Shown: in pieces, positions 60,480-64,000 of the stretch
Numbering within the stretch: the stretch's first letter is position 1
Layout of the letters: every line of letters begins with the position of its first letter
Source of the DNA: Paragordius varius
Lineage: Eukaryota > Animalia > Nematomorpha
Assembly: GCA_964247055.1 (NCBI GenBank)
Contig: OZ176050.1
Coordinates: 14,074,001-14,138,000, forward strand
DNA length: 64,000 bases
Reading direction: 5' to 3'
Notes under the pieces: model-generated
Database searches by the model: none
Told to the model about the DNA's origin: nothing
What the model saw: the letters and a program-made list of their open reading frames with translations, nothing else
Position numbers and translations under genes: made by a program

Positions 60480-61890
60480 TTATTATAGGTAACTCAGGGT
60501 TGAACGGAGTTAGTTTAACAGTATGACATATTAAATTTTTGGCTCTGTTAAAACAGTCCTCGTCGTTTTTGGTTCACATCCAGGATTTTTTATAACTGCT
60601 TAGGTCATGAAGTATAGCTAAACTTCCATGCGATTTCGGAAGGAATCGTTGTGAAAATTTATTAATCCTAAGAAGGATTGAGTGTTGATTTGTCAGTGGG
60701 TCTTGGGAAGTTTTGTATGGCTTAAACTTTATCGGCAGCTGGTGTTGCCGTTTTTTGATATCACATATCCTAAATAGCTTACAGAAGGTTGAAAAAGTTT
60801 TAGTTTGCTTTTAGTTACTTTTAAACCAGATTCGTCTAGACGCTTAAATACCCTTTCTAAATTTTTTTATATTCGTTTCGGTTTTTTCATGTTATTAAAA
60901 TATCGTCTAAATATACAGCTGTTCCTGGGCAGTCACCTAAAATCTTATCCATTAATCTTTGAAAAATGCAGGGGGCGCTTGTTAGGCCAAAGGTAAGCCT
61001 TTTATATGTAAAATACCCTAGGGGTGTGGTAATTGTTAGCAACTTCTGACTTTCTTGATCTATTGGCAATTGCAGATATGCGTCTTTCAAATCGGCTACC
61101 GAAAATAAATTCTCTTAATCCTATTTTGGAAACTAATTTGTCAAATGTCGGTATATTATGACTGTCATTACTCGATTTGGATTTATTGTAATACAATAAT
61201 CTGCACATAACCTTAACACCATTCGTTTTTGTTATACAAACAATAGGGTATCAGGTTAGTTTCTCAGTCGTAGGGTGTAATGGTTTGAATATGTCCGCTT
61301 CAAAATGTCTCTTAATTTCAGAGTCGACTTTTCTTTTAACGGTATCGGGATGAGGCACTTAAAAAATTTTGGTTTTAGTATGTTTTTAAAAAAAAATTTG
61401 ATAAGGGTTTCAGTGAAACATTTGACAAGTGAATTTTTCTCCAATATATTATTATTAAAATATTTACGACAATTTATCAACTGTTTTATGGCATCCAGGA
61501 ATTCTTGTAGCCAATCCAGGCCTTCTTGCCGCACACAACCATACGCGCCAAATTTTTTTCACCCTCAAATTGTACCCTGGCCATATATCTATTCTACGAA
61601 TTGATTGTTTGTCCACCATAGCTACAAATCTTGCCCTGTTTGTTGCAACTCGGGCTCTTCAATTTTTTCCCACGCTTGACAATCAATTATAGATACACTT
61701 GAACCTGTACCTATAATCATGCATATTGGCTACCATTAATTACTAATGTTATCTTAGGGGTGGCTCTACATTCGATATGCTGAACGTTGATAATCATTTT
61801 ATTCTTACAGTACGATTGGAAGTGATTCCAGCCTTGACAGTTAAAACATTGCTTGCCCCAAGCTGGGCATATCGACCGCCTATAATAGGA
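60480..61890 (-). mobile_element. Gypsy element B3: gag end, PR, RT, start of RH
   Basis: KDAYLQLPIDQESQKLLTITTPLGYFTYKRLTFGLTSAPCIFQRLMDKILGDCPGTAVYLDDILIT; most of gag is deleted next to the LTR. Confidence 0.85.
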
Positions 61891-63930
61891 GTGGAGTTAT
61901 ATTAATTAAACATTTATTAAATAAATCAAACATGTGTGTGTGTGTTATCACAATAAAGGAATTATATACTAACTATTTTGCTTGAAGTTACAATTAACAT
62001 TAACTACGTGTATCACAAAGAGTTATAAGTGTTCACAATTATATATGTGCGTTTGTGTCTACGAAATTCGGATCTAACTTAGCAACACTCTTTCCCTGTC
62101 CTTGATACATATATGGTGGGGTCGGATTCGTGTAGGTAAGGTATCGCCGTTCTGTGTGAGTGTCAGTGATAGGTGCTATGGTGGGCGTTTGTTGGGATGG
62201 CAACTCAATGATGAAATCCGAGGGTTTGAGCGGATGTATCGTGGCTTCGGTCGTAACAGTAGGGTACCTGACATATAGGTCATGCGATGGTGGAGTTTCT
62301 TCGGACGAAGTTGTCTTTCCCATTATTCTTTCACCTCCTTCCCTTGGTTTCAGTTGATCAGTGTGTTTTCGGATTATTTTGTTCTCATCTCGCATTTCAT
62401 ATGATAGAGTAAACCGAGTCGTTTATTTCATTTTTTATATATTTTCATTTTCATGGTATTCGTGATTCGGTTGTACATCGTCTAAGAAGTTTATTTATAT
62501 TTTAGCCATGTGATTGGATTGGGTGAGGTACGTTTCAGAAAATGTTCTGCGGGACATATATTTGTAGCACTGTGTATGTTAGTGCGGTATCCCCAAAGCG
62601 TGTATTTTTGATTGTGGGTCACCGTCTTCTGCTGACCGATGTTTTGAGGGTATATATCACTCGTTTCACCAATCCGTTCGTTTTTGGATGATAGGGAGCT
62701 GATGTTACATGTTTAATGTTTCCCGTTTCCATGAATTTTTTAAGCTCTTCAGATGTAAAGTAAGACGCGTTGTCGGTTACTATCATTCTTGGTATCGACT
62801 GAAACATCCGTCTAGGAAATTTAATATATTTTTGGTCGATATCATTTTTGATAGTTTAATTTCGACCCATATAGAAAAACTGTAAATAAGAACTATCCAA
62901 TAATAATTGTCTATCGGGCCTGCTATATCTAGATGTAATCTCTCCCATATTGCTGTATTAGTGTTCCAATTGTATGTGGGATTCAGTTTTCGCATCGAAC
63001 GGTTTCTTGTCATTTTTTACACGTATCTACCCACTATTTTATGTCGCCTTTCCATGTTGTGCCAAAAGACTATTTGTCTTGCCTGTTCGTACATTTCTTT
63101 GGACCCCGGGTGTCCGACGTGTAATAATTGTAAGATTTTTACTTTTTGAGATTCTGCCAATATAATAACCCGTACGTATTTTCAATTTCATTTCTAAAAC
63201 TGTGGAATGGATGTAATATTTCATTGGACCAGGTGTTTGTTCTTAGTGCACTTATTACCTGTTTTAATACACGGTCGGTTTCGGTCTAGCTTCTAATATG
63301 GTCACGATTTATATTGAATAGATTAAACACATGTTGTGCTGTTTGAAGGCTTTCTGTGTCTTGTTGTTGCGGTTCTGTCGGCATGCGGGACAATGGATCT
63401 GCAATATTTTCGTGGCTTTAAATGTACCGTAGATTGTAATTTAATTTGCTAGCTTTATATATATATTCAACTTAGTAGCTTGGGATTATTTATTTGGTCT
63501 AGTTTACGATTATTTCCAAATAACTTTATTAGTGGTTTGTAATCAGTACCCAGTTCAAACTTCTTCCCATAATAACGGTTTTAAATTTTTCTAAAGCGAA
63601 AAGTATGGCTTGTGATTCCTTTTCTATCACTGAATAATCTACGGGTTTAGACCACTTTCTAGATGCGTAGGCAATAGGTTTATTTGTGCCCTTCTGCGTA
63701 GTCTGCAGTAACACTGCTCCGCACCCTTTCTTCGAGGCGTCTGTTTAGATTATTATAGGTAACTCAGGGTTGAACGGAGTTAGTTTAACAGTATGAAAAA
63801 TTAAATTTTTGGTTCTGTTAAAACAGTCCTCGTAGTTTTTGGTTTAAATCCAGGGTTTTTATAACTGCTTAGGTCGTAGAGAGCCAAACCTCCATGCCAT
63901 TTCGGGAGGAATCGTGTGTGAAAATTTATA
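61890..63930 (-). mobile_element. Gypsy element B4: RH, INT, tail and an LTR (61890-62087) shared with B3
   Basis: PIAYASRK...YSVIEKESQAILFALEKF, WERLHLDIAGP, SAPYHPKTNGLVKR; PPT AAGGACAGGGAAAGAG precedes TGTTGC. Confidence 0.85.
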
Positions 63931-64000
63931 TTGACAAATTTGGATTTATATTCCAATTGTAGCGTTCACAACGCTGTTAACCTTAGAAGGGAATGACTAG

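Overview
Very AT-rich eukaryotic genomic DNA (about 75% AT by eye) from an animal with miniature spliceosomal introns. Gene models were built by hand from GT..AG boundaries and reading-frame continuity. They are: a CRISP-like CAP-domain secreted protein (643-4846, +), NUP35/Nup53 (10000-6261, -), RNASEH2C (17615-17986, +), a 207-aa orphan (18722-18030, -), a Cys-rich single-pass membrane orphan (~20860-21654, +), CSTF2/CstF-64 (40896-25594, -) and a galactose-3-O-sulfotransferase-family gene (44220-49794, +). Introns are bimodal, either 21-29 nt or inflated to kilobases by transposons. This combination suggests a reduced parasitic lineage such as a myxozoan cnidarian or a dicyemid/orthonectid (inference only). 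The rest is a nested TE landscape: foldback-like MITEs built from 21-bp units, TTAA (piggyBac-like) MITEs, Tc1-like MITEs, hAT/Buster and mariner fossils, an RTE-clade LINE, and Ty3/gypsy elements forming a 12-kb tandem cluster at the right end. The highlights are: (1) two complementary copies of an HDV-like self-cleaving ribozyme, one heading the full-length RTE LINE and one as a solo 5' fragment in a NUP35 intron; (2) a ~5.4-kb diverged palindrome inside a CSTF2 intron; (3) the 22-29-nt introns; (4) a MITE family ending 43-74 nt upstream of three start codons. There is no evidence for CRISPR arrays, rRNA or intact tRNA genes.
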